A stretch of 64,000 bases of DNA, from the NCBI GenBank assembly GCA_965637545.1, contig OZ281497.1:22134001-22198000 (forward strand). Direction: 5' to 3'. Below, one piece after another: positions 50,030-63,391 of the stretch (the first letter of the stretch is position 1; the number at the start of each line of letters is the position of its first letter). Made by a program: the position numbers and the translations under genes. The notes below the pieces were generated by a model. It made no database searches. It was not told where the DNA came from and saw nothing but the letters and a program-made list of their open reading frames with translations. Source of the DNA: Phallusia mammillata. Its lineage: Eukaryota.

Positions 50030-53000
50030 TCAAAACCTGCGGTCCTGTTTACCCACAATATCAAATGTTTGGTCGAGTATCTGTGGTGTACAGACCATAA
50101 CTCGCAACAACAAACTGTCGATGTAATCTTCCAATTCTCTGCAAAGCAAAAATTGATGTTATTTGATATAAAGTCAAGTTATGTAAGTCGGGGTGGGCTG
50201 AGGCCATGAGTTTAAAAGTTGGACCAAATGGGCTGAATTTGCGCTTTCTGCCACATTTGAAACATAATTATATTTTATTTTGATGACAGGGTGTACACCA
50301 ATCAATTTCGTACATCTGCACATTTTATACATCTTTTAACAGGCCTATCTGCCAAACATGTTTTTTTTAGTGAGTATAGGTTACAGCAGGGGTCGAAAAC
50401 CTTATTTGCACAGCGGGCTGTTTTTGAAAATAAAATTTTATCGCGGTCCGGCCTTAAAAAAACTACAAATATTTATCCAATATCTATATACAGGGACAAA
50501 ATGGTTTAAAGCATTTAACCTAAAAAAGTATACGGCACGGTAACGAACTCCTCGCGGACCGGCGGTTGCCGACCACTGGGTTACAGTACTTATCCCTCGC
50601 AAAAAAGTTTGAAATCGCAATAAAAATCAAATTTATGGGTTAGAGAATTTATGTCTGAGGACTTATTTGCAACTTCGACAAAAAATATTTTACCTTATTC
50701 AGAGCAAACAAATGTATAAAACTATGGATGAAACAGTTAAGGCATTTGATATAAAACTGTTACCTTAAGTGTTGGTTTCTGTCGGCGATTTCAGCTTGTT
50801 GTTTGGTTGCCAGCTTCACTAACTGATCGTGGGACATCGTGTGAAAATTCGTCGAACTGTCCTCGTGTATTGTGGAAACCTTAAAAACAAATGAAACATT
50901 ATATATTACATGTTATCTCACTTACTGAAACTTGTAAGCAGTTAGTATGTAACTATTTTGATGCAAGGTTTCAGTTTATAAGTGGTATATGGCTGTAACT
51001 TATACCAAGCTGAGTATTGTGCCAAAACATTATCAACGATATATTGTTTCAAAACGGTACCCAAGAACAAAAATGACTATTTTTTAAATGAGTTTGACGG
51101 TGGGAAACGCGTACTTCTGGGGCCTGTGGGGACTAATATACCGCTGGTGACGTAAGGGGCTTTGGAAAGCTACAAATGTAGCATGTTTGTGACGTCACAA
51201 TGCACCGAGCGTGCTCGACCGGGCACCGAGTATTAACGTGAGATGGTATATCCAACGCGGCATTAACTGGGCAAGGTGTACCTAAAAGCAGTACCTTTCC
51301 AGTCTGCAGACCCTGAACTACAAATTCTAATTTTACCAAATTTACGCGACCGACAGGGGGCAAGCATAACAAATGGTAGAGTCAAGTGGTGCGTGCCAAA
51401 GTTGAAGGACCTACTTTGCGAAGTTCCTTTACATCCAGACGGTAGTAATTCTTTGGCTTGTATAGATTGGGCAGAGGAGCAATCTTTTGCCTGGGGTTGG
51501 TGATATTGATATCAGCAATGCTATGACGCTTCGTTGTATTAGAATTGCTGCAAAAAAGTAAACAATTTTTACGCTTACTGTTCAAAACACTTGGGTTATC
51601 ATCATTTTAAATGAACTGCTGCAATTATGTATTAATACACCACTAAATTGCAGTTTTAAGTGAAATGTAAGTCTTGTTTATTTACCTTACATAAAAAAAC
51701 TCACTGGGTCAGAACATGGCATTTCATGCCAAAAAAACATTTGACGAAATTTTAGTTGACCATTTAAAACACATTTAGAAGGATTACAATCATTCTACAT
51801 CAATTGCAACAAATATTCATTTATGACACACCTAAATGTGATTTTAAGTCAGCTGTAAGCAATAGTTATACACCAAAACATAAAAAGCTCATGCAACATT
51901 GTGCGATATTCCATGTCATTAAAGACCCAACAATTATTATAGACTATTTTAAACACTTTTAGAAGGAATATGATCATTCTAAACCAATTGCAATAAATAT
52001 TCATTTATCACACATGAAAATGTGATACCAAATCAACTGTAAGCCTTATTTATACATCAAAAATAAAAAATAAAAACTATAGCTTAAATCAGGGCATTTT
52101 CTTTGTCAGCATTGCTTCGCTTCAGATGTTTTATGTAGTGAATCTGAGTGACTTACTTGTTTGAGGATTTGATTCTAGGATTTGGCAGCGAAGAAGAAGA
52201 GCTTTCATTGAGATTTGTGAATGACCCAGTTCTGCGATTAAACTCTGGTGAACTTGAACTACTGCAACCTGAGGATTCTTGCGTTCCTAATACAAAAACA
52301 CAACAAATTTATATTACTTGTCTAGCTATTTTTTAACATACAACTGTCAGAAGATTTGTCAAAACGTTACATACAGAATTTTAGATTGGAAAAGTTTTGG
52401 TATTGAAATTGGGGAAGTTTTATTACTAAGTTTGGAAAGTATATGTATAGTGTCCATTAACTTGGGAACTATTACAAAAAGTTGAGGTTTAATTTAGTTC
52501 ACACAGTATATTATGTAGCTACAGCGTATTTTGCCATTATCACTAAAATGTGACCTCAACTTTTTTCCTGTAACATTGCACAGCTATTTCCAGCTTGGTG
52601 ATTGTCTGAGTGAAATTTTGTTGCTGTTCTTTTTTTAACGAAGGTATATAAACTCAACAAAAAAATCAGCAAACAAAAGAACAGCTGGTACACAGTCAAA
52701 TCAGACATTTTTACTGAATTGATGTATATATGTAAACACCAACAAACGTTAATTACAGCATGCAGTTATTTTCAACCAAAATCCACCAACCACCACCTGG
52801 CACATATAAATGGTTTCCATTAATGCAGACATCGCTCTTCGAGGGGTGAAGCTGCCCCATGACTGTTTTGAGCTGAGCATTTGGCATGGAGCGATTGCGA
52901 ACATGCTGCTTCATCGCCGAACCATGACCTTTGTCACCTGAGTAATGTTAGTTGGTTTTTGTTATTATGTTACCACCTCCACAGTAAAGCATGCAAAAAA

Positions 53001-56000
53001 ATGTATAAAATATTGCCAGTAACCATATTGAAGAGTAAAAACTATGCAGTGCCACAATTAATATTGAGATAAATACATTCATACTGGGATCAGTCCTGAA
53101 ATGTTGATGCAGGCCAGTGTTTAAGGCACAATCCGTCTTTAATTATAGTACACCAGGCCCATTGAAGGCGTTATACCTAATCAAGATGGTCTCCCAAGCA
53201 GGCTAGATTTTTCTAGTTGGTGCCTTGGCATACGGGAATGCTTGGGGCACTGGCTGATTCTGTATCACGCTTTGCATACCACAAGTAATGATAAATTAAA
53301 TGTGAAAAATAAACAGAAATAATAAATACTTCATTTCCATGGCCATTGCAAACATGAAAAAAGGCGTACCTGACATGATGACCGCAGGGTTTTTCGCTAC
53401 CCCTCACATTCTTACTTTTCAAGTTTTTTTAAAATTTGTTATGCAAATGAACTCACTTACATCATTAAGTGGCCATGGAAACAAAGTAACAGTGACAGTA
53501 GAATGCTAGATAATTTCCTTTGCAAAGATATTGTGTTAAACAATAATCACGTGTTTATGCAGCTAAGCATCAGTGACTAAGCCAACCTTTTGCAGAAAAG
53601 ATATGTCAGTCACTATTATTAGCCCACTGCAAAATAATCACAAGATACCAAATAGCTTATGTAATCAATAATTTAATCATACAAGCAAGTAATCAGCATG
53701 TGGTTATTCAGTGGCTGACAATGTAGTGATAAATCATTCACAGCTGTGTTCTATTGTAGCAATGCCATACACAACTTTGATTGTTGCAGTAATTCGAAAC
53801 CACTGTAAAAACTTAAGCCTCTTAAGCCACAAGACCTAATTCCTTAATATGCACAGTGATATTAACTTGTGACACAGTTTGGGGTTGTCAATTAAAACTG
53901 AAGTGCTTTACTAATATTGCTTTGTTGGCAGACATTAAATGACATACTTTTAAAGACATGCTGTCTCTATGGGTAGATAGAAACACTTGAACAAGAAAAA
54001 CGATGTAATGTGGTGCTGGGCAAACTGGTTGTCCTACGTTTATGGCTTAATCAGTGCAAATTTGCATTTTACACTTATTGGGAAGGTATAAGGCAATACT
54101 TCTTGACACTCACAAAATAAATGATGTGTTTGTAAAATGTCATACAGGTTTTTATGGCATTAGTAAAATAAAATAATGCTTTTAATAAATTAGTTGTTAG
54201 TGTTAAACTGTATTTACGAAAGTAAAAAAAAACAAGTTAAAAACCCCACATGCACATTTTTTGGCATGCGACTTCACCAAATAACATGCTTGCCACATTG
54301 CATGGTATAACAGAATCAACCATGCTATGTGAACAATACATAACTGTCAGTGACCGGATAAAAAAGTAGAAATGTTCTTACTTGAGCCCCCTGAGTTTGA
54401 TCGACTTAAAGATGATGAAATTCTTGGCATTGGTGGTTTGTTTAAAACATCAACACTGACGGCTTTGGCAGAGCCAAGTTGGTGGGACTGTAAGTTTCTG
54501 ATAAAAGAACAACATATTGAACACTCACAGGCACTTATTTTTAATAGGTGTCTAAAAATGAGAAACATCAAAAAACTTTCGGACAATTACTTCCAATTTA
54601 TTTGATAATTGAAGAATATTGTTTGGCTTGTGAGGTGTGGGTAACAATAGTGTATTCCACAAAAAGTACAATTTCCATGTCAGGTAGTTAGAACTAATAA
54701 ATGTTAATGCTTATGCAGAAAGTGGTCATTAAAGTTCCTCCACACAGATCATAATACTAACTTTGACTATGTGTTTTTATATAACATGAAGGTATTAAGA
54801 CACAGGATCTTAACCTTTCATATTTTGATAATAAATTGATCCTAAGTTTGTTTAACAATAATTTCGCTTAGCTCATGAATTTGGAATGCTTTTATTTGCC
54901 CATAGAGCATATTAATTTTACCCTGGTTGAGAACCTCGGTCTTATGGTTTAAACAGGACAACCAATTTAGATAGAAGTATTTACTATACCCCACTGCAAA
55001 ACGTCATACATTTCAAAAAGACACTGTCCTATGAGTGTTTTGAACTGATCATTTGGCAACTTTGGACACACTGACATAAACTGGGAAAGCAGTTTCATGA
55101 AACTTGCGCAAATAAATGCCATGGGAGTTTGTGTGGAGTTAGTACCATTGTTGTCTGTCAGTGTTTTTAATTAATCTCCTTGGTATTTACCTTGCAGAGC
55201 CCCGAGCTGACGTTAGAACACCAGGTGAACTTGTAGTTGAACTTGTGTGAAAGGATCGCTCAAATGTTCCAGTTGGTGAATTAGAAATTGTTGACAAATT
55301 CTCTAATGATCGACCTAGAAGGATTAGAATTTGTTGATATCTTTTCGGCAAAACATACAATAACCTAACTTTGGGCCAATGCTACTTCATACAATGTTCA
55401 GTGATACAATTCATGTTTTTAAACTTTCTTGAACAAAAAGAAACAAGTCAATATATTATGTAAAACATTACAACATTCTGGCAGTTTCTATTGTCATTGT
55501 CAAGTAAAATGTAAAATGAATGTTACATTATTAGGGAAGCAACTTGGTGCTAGAGATGTACCGAATATTCGGTTTGCCGAATTTATTCGGCCGAATCGAT
55601 CATTTTTGCAAAGGTTTGGTTTCGGCCGAATAATTTGTTGCGATTCGGCCGAAACCGAATCTTTTACGAACAAAAATTTAAAGCGTTAAACGTGTCTTTT
55701 CTGCTTATTAAGGTCCATGCAATCTTTCAAAAGCCCAAACATAACGAAAATTGCGTCAATGTTTATCTTTTTCAACACATTATCGTTTTTCCCACTGTAG
55801 TCAAAAAAATTAGTAATTCATTGGCAGGTTGCCAATCATGCTTAAGGCAATTTTAAACCCCACAGAACTGAAATAAGGACGAAACACAACTATTTTGCAC
55901 TGGCTGCCTGGTAGATAAACATTTTTTCACGTCAAACGCGTAGCGTACGACTTCGCGTGACGTCATAAATGATTCGGTTGATTCGGCAAAACCGCCGAAT

Positions 56001-58127
56001 ATTCGGTTTCGGCGAATCAAAATTTAGCCGATTCGGTACATCACTACTTGGTGCTGCACAACAGAAACAAAGGGGGTGGCATGGAGTTATAGAAAAAAGT
56101 AATGTAGACACACAGAAACAGAAGCCTTTGTTTGAAAAGGCAGTTCATTTACCTGGCAAGAAACTGAAACAGTTAGAAAGTAAACAACAGACAATTTTAT
56201 GTTTACCCATGCCGAGTGGTGAAAATCTTTCAGTATCTCCAAACCCAACACCTGAATCCTCATCCTCCGACCTTCTGCGGAATTTCCCTCTCAAACCAGT
56301 TGTTAAAAGTCGCAGTGGTTTAGGACTTTCTTTTTTGTCTGGCAGTACACCGGACCTAAAACAAACATTAAAGTTGCAGTTCCACAAATTTGGAAGTTTT
56401 ACAACAAATTCTGGGAAGTCAGGGGATGCCAAACAACAAATTGTGAGGGCTATGTGGCTTGCCATTGTGTTTTTGCAGCTGTTCCAGCTAAACAGTAAAA
56501 TCTCAAAATTGATAAAAGTTGCCATCATTTTCCAGCAGTGTTTTTATTCGTCAATGTTACCATCTGTTATGTAACATTGCAGTATGACCACAACAGGAAT
56601 ATATCATGCAAAAACATGCATTAGCGGTACTGTAAAGATTGATTAAGCACCCTTGTGTTTCCAGATTTGAGCAAATGGATAAGTTAGACAATCCCTAGTG
56701 CCTATTGTCCTTAACTACTTACAATGTGTTTTTATTACCTGTTAAGAGTAAGAAACTTAAAACCAACTTCAACCTCGCCCCTCTCTTTTTTGTTGTCCTT
56801 CTTTTTGCTGCCAAGTGTGTACCATCTGAAAACCCAGAATCAGAGTATTTAAAATATAGCACAACTGGTGAACATTTATAATAGGCAATTGATGTAATTT
56901 ATGCACTTTAAAGGGCTGATTTCACTATTACATACAAAAGTACATTTTTAAACAATAATAAGTGCGTTTTGCAGAATGGTTTGTCTTGTAATACCTGCTC
57001 CTTTGTTTGTTATCATTACAATTGAGGGCTGAAAGTGGTATTTGAGCTTGTCCAATAAATTCATCTGACTCCAAGCCAAGTTTACCATGACGCTTGTGGT
57101 AAACGTTGATAAATACCACACATTTGTTGTTTAGAACTCCACCTGGAGAAATAAAGCAATCAAACTTTAATTGGTTAAAAACATTAAATGTTTAATTGAT
57201 TGAAGACATTTTGTACAAAGAAAAATACTAAATGTGTGTACATTACAACCAACAAAGATTTGTATCTTTTAAACCACATATGATATAAAAAATCATGCTA
57301 GTATAAGAACAAGGATGCATGGGAGAATCAGCCTAGTACATCAACATTCAAAACATAATTCAGGCTCCTAAATGCCTGAGGGCGTACAAACAAGAGGCAC
57401 ATAATGGCTTACATTTGACCATGGCATGCCTGGTGGTGTTATAATTAGTCTTATGAGCATCACGATTAGCTCCAAGCTGCCAATTACGCCTCTGTTTTAC
57501 ATACTTCACAGCCAAAGAAAGTGCAAATTACTGGAAAAATCCCACAAATAATTTGCTTTGTGTTTTAAACAGACTGCCTCCTCCCTTTATGTGTTGTATA
57601 CAAGGAAACTTTTGTAAAGTCACTACTTTACAGGTCATTTTCATTTTTCAATCTATTTGCTATTGCACCCATTACAGCAAAAATAATAAAACAATTTTGT
57701 GTTTGAACTCTGAAAAGTACTGGAGTTAAAACAATCAATTTCAAAATGCTTAGTTGTCACAGAAGATATCCTATTCTTTCAATAAAACATTTAATATTTT
57801 TCAAAACATTTATTTCAGTTTATTTTTGGTTTGAATACATTTTACTTGTCACACTCAATCTGCTCAAGAAACCGAAAAGCCCATTTTACAACCTAACACA
57901 TAAATTATGCAACCAATACATATGAAAGAGTTTAAAACATTACCTTGTGGCAGTGAAAATGAACATTCTGTAAGCCAAGTTGGTGAATTTGATCGTTCAG
58001 GGGAAGTAGCAAACTTTTCTTTGCCAAGTTCAATTGTAGCATACGCATCATTTACACCATTTTTGCCCTTTACTAACAAGTTTCGAGCTTGTTTGACTGT
58101 CACGACTATGTCGGTAGGGCTCCACAT
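50030..58127 (-). CDS. RAB11FIP1/2/5: Class I Rab11 family-interacting protein (N-terminal C2 domain, C-terminal Rab11-binding domain), 478 aa
   Basis: 11 phase-consistent GT-AG exons totalling 1437 nt: 57944-58127, 56995-57142, 56739-56825, 56207-56355, 55191-55314, 54382-54497, 52797-52937, 52157-52286, 51415-51547, 50764-50879, 50030-50138. Family motifs: MWSPTDIVVTVKQARNL..KGKNGVNDAY, WYTLGSK..KKERGEVEV, SKSDVCINGNHLY, RELEDYIDSLLLRVM. Confidence 0.95.
50387..50578. mobile_element. hAT-type MITE in the last Rab11-FIP intron
   Basis: Ends caggggtcgaaaacc / ggttgccgaccactg; TSD ggttacag. Confidence 0.88.
55551..56046. mobile_element. hAT-type MITE in Rab11-FIP intron 4
   Basis: TIR tag(a/t)gatgtaccgaat; TSD cttggtgc. 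Confidence 0.93.
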
Positions 58128-58139
58128 CAGGCAAAATTT

Positions 58140-58890
58140 TAAACTAATACACTTAAATAAATAGAATAATAACAAACCTGTAACAGAATATACACAACAT
58201 GGGTTACTTTTGAGAATAGACTGATAATAATAATTGAATAAATTACAAAAAAGGCACAGAATCTATGGTATAAACTATAAAGCTGTCAAAAAAATGACAA
58301 TAAATATTAGAAACTTCTCTGTTATTTTTACAAGTCTAACGTGACAAACAAGAAGCTGATCGAAAATTCCACAGCGATTTTAAACAAATACACATATTAC
58401 AACAACACAAAACCACACACAAGTCATATACATATCGTCATTTTAATCATACTTTCATTTTAACCACACAGGTGTATCCGAAGAACACATCAACACTATA
58501 CAAGCAGTCAAATCAGATGTAACGTTTGATATGAAGAGCTTCGTCATTCTGTTCACTGTTCAGTAATCAGATCTGAACTACGATAATAATGCAGGTAATT
58601 TCTAAGTAGTCCGTCTCAAAATAGTCTGCAACGTCGAAGGGCGATCGTCATACAGTCAAGAAGCTTTTCTCTATCGCTGCTTGATTGTCGTCAACACAGC
58701 AACTTTCTTTTTGTTGACCGCGTCTCGCCTTCATTACGCCTGGCTCTATTTTTAGAATCAGCTGATGTTTTTGTGACGTCACACAGGTGAGGCAACGCAT
58801 GACTGGCGATCTGATGGTTGCCAAGTGTTTCTATTCAAAAACTTGAAATAACACAATACCAATTCGAAATCCTGTGTGACAACAATATTA
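58140..58890. repeat. Rab11-FIP 5' UTR/promoter region, duplicated at 62460-64000
   Basis: Collinear match, for example tggcgatctgatggttgccaagtgtttctatt at 58802 and 63909. The second copy carries two extra insertions. Confidence 0.92.
58773..58782. promoter_or_regulatory. Palindromic CRE/ATF site GTGACGTCAC upstream of Rab11-FIP (copy at 63882-63891)
   Basis: Exact TGACGTCA consensus, retained in both duplicates. Confidence 0.45.
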
Positions 58891-59555
58891 CATTTTCTAA
58901 TTTAAACAGAGGTAATGTGGTTTACTAAATTCTTGCCTCATCTATCTCTACCTTTACTTACGTCTTGCTAATCTTTTTTATACACCATGTTTCTTTTTTT
59001 AAAGGATTAATTGTATTGCACAAAACATATGTATCTTAAACGTAACGCTTCACTTGTTTTTTACGTGGGTTTGCGTTGTTTAAATTAGCTAAGAAATGTT
59101 AATAAAAGAACAAAAATCGCGCTACATTTTATCCGCCAGACGACGCTAAAAACGACAGAAAGCAGAAGGGCATGTTTGCGGCTTGGTGAATTGTTCAATA
59201 GTGCATCATACCTACGATTTCTGACAAGGTAAAACAAACGCACCTGACTCAAACAATTTTAATTATAAAAAACGGGAATAGTTCGAAAATAAATAACCTT
59301 GACACGGACCGTAAAAAAGTTGATATACTCACAGCCAGGACGTTCTGGAAATTGTTTTTAAAAGTTACAGTTAAAAAACAGAACACACAAAAAATTAAGC
59401 TACATGCTACGAATGGTCGACAAGTTGAAGTTACTTCACCAAATTATTCGGCACTCCTTTATTTAATTCCTTACATTAAAATGTTCTTTTGTTTAATTCT
59501 GTTGAACCATGATAAAGTTTTTGTGTGATAAAAATGTAGTGAAATCTTAACTCTT

Positions 59556-59730
59556 GGTGGGATTCAGCCGGTTCGCACCGGTGCTGTAGAACCGTCTCAC
59601 GAAACAGTATCAGCGAACCGGTTAACATTACTGGTTTATAATGTCAATGGACTTTTTGTAACAAAACCGGCTGAAAAATATGATTTGTTGGGTTAAAATC
59701 GGCTGACAAAAAATTTGAATCCCTACACTG
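59556..59730. mobile_element. Degenerate MITE
   Basis: Ends ggtgggattca / tgaatccctacactg are partially inverted; no clear TSD. Confidence 0.45.
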
Positions 59731-60306
59731 CCTAAAACTGTTCCGAATTAAGTAGTTAGGTGGTGTTAACAGGTCAAAGTTTGTATGAACTGTATGTTGG
59801 ATCATTGCGGTTGGTATTTGATTAGTTGAGAAATGGAAACCGCGGGTAATTACACAACTTGCCCCCTAAAGTAGGTGGAATTTGTAACCAATGTCCGAAT
59901 AGGATTAAATTTGGACTGTTTGCATATTAGGCTATAACAGTTTTATTGTTCGGTTGCTGTGTTTTCCTTTAAAGTATCAGCTGCTTTCCCGAAAAAATTG
60001 AGTCAAAATTTAAAATATGTCTAAATTTAATTGGATAGTTTGTACCTCATACAGCAATTCACATTTAAGCGAAATATCGATCGCTGTGTTAATCGTCACG
60101 GCACTAATCTTTTTTATTCTTTTTTTTGGAAATTGAATTATATACGACTTTTGTCTCGCAAATTGACAACACAGGCGATAACACATTACCACAAAATGGC
60201 ATCAAATTAAATATGAAAAACAAGCGATACGACACAAAAAGTAAATCAATGTGTGTGCAATTCAACTGTAAGAAACAAAAAATCTTATACAATACAAGGT
60301 TTAAAA

Positions 60307-60614
60307 CAGGGGTCGACAACCCCTGGCACGCGCGCCAAGTTTGGCACTGCAGGTGGTTTTTTATAGCACGCCATCCGATTTGCCTATTTATATTGAAGTA
60401 ACAATTTAACCTGTTACACTGCCTGTTATCAGTTTTTATCATGTCATTGTCTGAAATTCAGCACTCATGCACAAAACAGTGCGCTTTCTCTTTATTATTG
60501 ATATCTGCTGGAACGAACCACTATTATTCAAAAAAACGTTGGCACGCGAAGTCATTAACACATGGAAATAACAAGTAAATTGACACGCGTCGCCTAAAAG
60601 GTTGTCGACCCCTG
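60307..60614. mobile_element. hAT-type MITE, 308 bp
   Basis: Perfect 15-bp TIR caggggtcgacaacc; TSD gtttaaaa. Confidence 0.95.
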
Positions 60615-60745
60615 GTTTAAAACATTTGCTTCATCCAAATATGACGATTGTGTCCATCGCCTATAAGTGTTACAACTTTGTTGGCCCCGGTCAATAATCT
60701 TTGGGGACCTATTTCACTGATATTTTGCTTCCTTTTGCAATACAT

Positions 60746-61756
60746 TTACGAGATCTCTTCTAGAGAGACTGGACTTTTGTCACCCCTTTCCACATTGTCA
60801 GTCGAAATTTCACCTTTTGTTTCGATAGAATTTACAATATTTCGGAGACCATCAATTCTTGGAGTTGAATTTTTTTCGTTTGCTACCTTGTTATTTGCAC
60901 ACAAGGGGTTTAAACGCATGTGATAGTCGCGGAAAGTCAAAATTAAGCACAACGCGTGAAAAACCTGAATGCAATGGTGAATGAGAGGAAAAAACTCAAG
61001 AGAAGCCCATTGGTCAATTTTTCCCTTAAACATCCACACAACATTAAGAAAAATAAAATCAGAAATAAAAACTGCTGCTATACACACACTGATTCGGACG
61101 ATGATTTTGCGCACGTGTTGATCAGATATTCGCAATGTCAAGGGGACAATTGAAAGACCTACGACGCTAACCTGACTCAGTGTAAAGGTGAAAATGGAAA
61201 TGCCCGTGGGAACCAACAACGATTGGGAAGTGAATTCGCATCCCCGGGTGGTCGCAGCTTTTCCTCTAACCGTTGTCACAACAAGGAAAGTCACCTGGCT
61301 GACTGGCACTAAAGTCAAGGTTACATATCTGATTACAGCGATTGTGCGTTTAATATACTTGCTGGTGAATATAATGGAATTGTTCAGGGTTCCTTGGCGA
61401 AACCAAAGCACTGTAAACACGGTTATTTTACCAGCAGCCAAAAATATGTTCCGCAGGGTGATGGATCCTACACACCATTTCCAATTACTCTGAAAAGAAA
61501 AAGCGGCCAAGGCAAAGATAACGCAGCCCGGAATAGAGAACACAGCTGCCATTGACACAAGACGGTTGGTTAGTTTTAGTACATCTGTCCTTCCATTTCC
61601 TTGATGTTGATAAACCAAAGAACACGAAGAAATATAGAGAGATGCGAGTAGCAGAGGTGGAATCATGATTCTCTCGTAAAGACGAGAGCTAAACTCATCA
61701 GAAGTGGTGTTTGTTTCTTCTGGGGTGAAGAAAGGTGTTGTAAATGTTCCATTCAT
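60746..61756 (-). CDS. Intronless orphan 7TM (GPCR-like) receptor, 336 aa
   Basis: Seven hydrophobic segments, N-terminal sequons NGT and NTT, Cys at the top of TM3 (WC) and in ECL2 (GCEF). LWFRQ stands at the DRY position and RLNP follows TM7. Confidence 0.85.
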   Translation of the reverse strand: MNGTFTTPFFTPEETNTTSDEFSSRLYERIMIPPLLLASLYISSCSLVYQHQGNGRTDVLKLTNRLVSMAAVFSIPGCVIFALAAFSFQSNWKWCVGSITLRNIFLAAGKITVFTVLWFRQGTLNNSIIFTSKYIKRTIAVIRYVTLTLVPVSQVTFLVVTTVRGKAATTRGCEFTSQSLLVPTGISIFTFTLSQVSVVGLSIVPLTLRISDQHVRKIIVRISVCIAAVFISDFIFLNVVWMFKGKIDQWASLEFFPLIHHCIQVFHALCLILTFRDYHMRLNPLCANNKVANEKNSTPRIDGLRNIVNSIETKGEISTDNVERGDKSPVSLEEIS

Positions 61757-61932
61757 CGTAAGGTGGCTTTCAGCGTTTTCAGAACACTTGTTTTGTTTAA
61801 CAGGCTTTAATCTGCAATGAACAAACCGTGGTTATAGTTAATGCTTAACTGACAATATAATCTGCAACATATCGACTTGCAGAACTTTCGTATGTAAGCC
61901 GTAAATAACAAATTAATAGGCACTGACCCTGA

Positions 61933-62115
61933 NNNNNNNNNNNNNNNNNNNNNNNNNNNNNNNNNNNNNNNNNNNNNNNNNNNNNNNNNNNNNNNNNNNN
62001 NNNNNNNNNNNNNNNNNNNNNNNNNNNNNNNNNNNNNNNNNNNNNNNNNNNNNNNNNNNNNNNNNNNNNNNNNNNNNNNNNNNNNNNNNNNNNNNNNNNN
62101 NNNNNNNNNNNNNNN
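61933..62115. other. Assembly gap (183 N)
   Basis: Run of N. Confidence 1.
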
Positions 62116-62508
62116 GGAAACGGGCTTGATCCGGCTGACTTTACACCCTGTGCCAGCATTTTTTTTGAATATTTAACTAGCTAAGTGCCCGCTGGGGACT
62201 TAATGATAAACAGCCCTATAACCAGGGTTGTCATGCCGTCCTTATTTCGAAGATTTGTCCTTATTTTGAAAGGCAATGTCTTAAAAAAGTTCAATGTTTT
62301 TATTTCTAAGAAATGTCCTTATTTTTGACTCGACTCCTTATTTTGTCTTATTTTCAACAATTACTAGTCAAATCCCTGGTACATGTAAAAGTAAACCAAT
62401 GGCCTATAGTTTTTATGTACTAGGACCTAGTAACTAGGTCAATCAAACAGTAGTTATCACATGAAACCAATAAACTTAAATAAATGGAATGATATCAGAC
62501 CTGTAACA

Positions 62509-62815
62509 CAGGGTTGTGCAACCTGCGGTCCGCGGGCCAAATGCGACCCGTTGATTAAAGGCTGTGCGACGCGTGGATTTTAAATGTACTGGCAAACGAG
62601 TCCAATTATTAAATATTCTTAGCAGATTAATGCGCCCTTTGCTATTTTTCTACAACCTGACAATATATGGCTAGAAGAAAATGCGAATTTTATTTGTAGT
62701 CAGGCATATTTGGTATGCAACAAAGTAAAATCATCATGATGTGTAATATAAAGGTGCGGCCAGCGATCTATGCATGGTAAATATGCATTTCACAATGACA
62801 AAGGTTGCACCCCTG
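62509..62815. mobile_element. hAT-type MITE, 307 bp
   Basis: Imperfect TIR cagggttgtgcaacc / ggttgcacccctg; TSD ctgtaaca; empty paralogous site near 58178. Confidence 0.9.
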
Positions 62816-63391
62816 CTGTAACAGAATATTCCCAACATGGATTGCTTTTGTAAATGAACTGATAATAATAAAATAGAACAAATTACAAAAAAAGACACAG
62901 AAACATGGTATAAGTTTTATAGTTTATACAACTGTAAAGCTGTCTAAAAACGAAAATAAATGTTAGAAACCTTTCTGTTATTTTTACAACTCTTACTTGA
63001 CAAATAAAAAGTTGATCAAAAATTCCACAGGGTCTTCAAACAAATACGCATATTACTACAACCCAAAACACACACAAGTCATACATATAGTCCTTTTAAT
63101 CTTGGTTTCATTTTAACCACATAACACATGTTTATCCGACGAACACATGAACACTACACAAGTAGTCAAGTCATATGTAATGCTTGATATATCAGCTTGT
63201 CATTCTGTTCTGTAATCAGATCTGAACTACGAATAATAATGCAGGAAAATTTTCAAGCAATCTTCCTCAAAATAGTCTACGACGTCGAATAGGGATCGTC
63301 ATACAGTCAAGAAGCTTTTCTTTATCGCTGCTTGATTGTTGCCAACACAGCAACTTTATTTTCGTTGACCGCGACTCGCCTTCGTTACGCC

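Noticed and set aside
51115-51169. Extra Rab11-FIP cassette exon (LSKAPYVTSG...)
   Set aside because: It is 55 nt and breaks the frame; the flanking exons already join in phase 0.
53213-53422. Minus-strand ORF as an alternative Rab11-FIP exon
   Set aside because: All frames after the candidate acceptors hit stops before a usable donor.
55969-56574. 201-aa plus-strand ORF
   Set aside because: It is a chance composite of a MITE end and the antisense of Rab11-FIP exon 4 and its intron.
62223-62378. MITE with cagggttg/atccctg ends
   Set aside because: No matching TSD; left uncalled.
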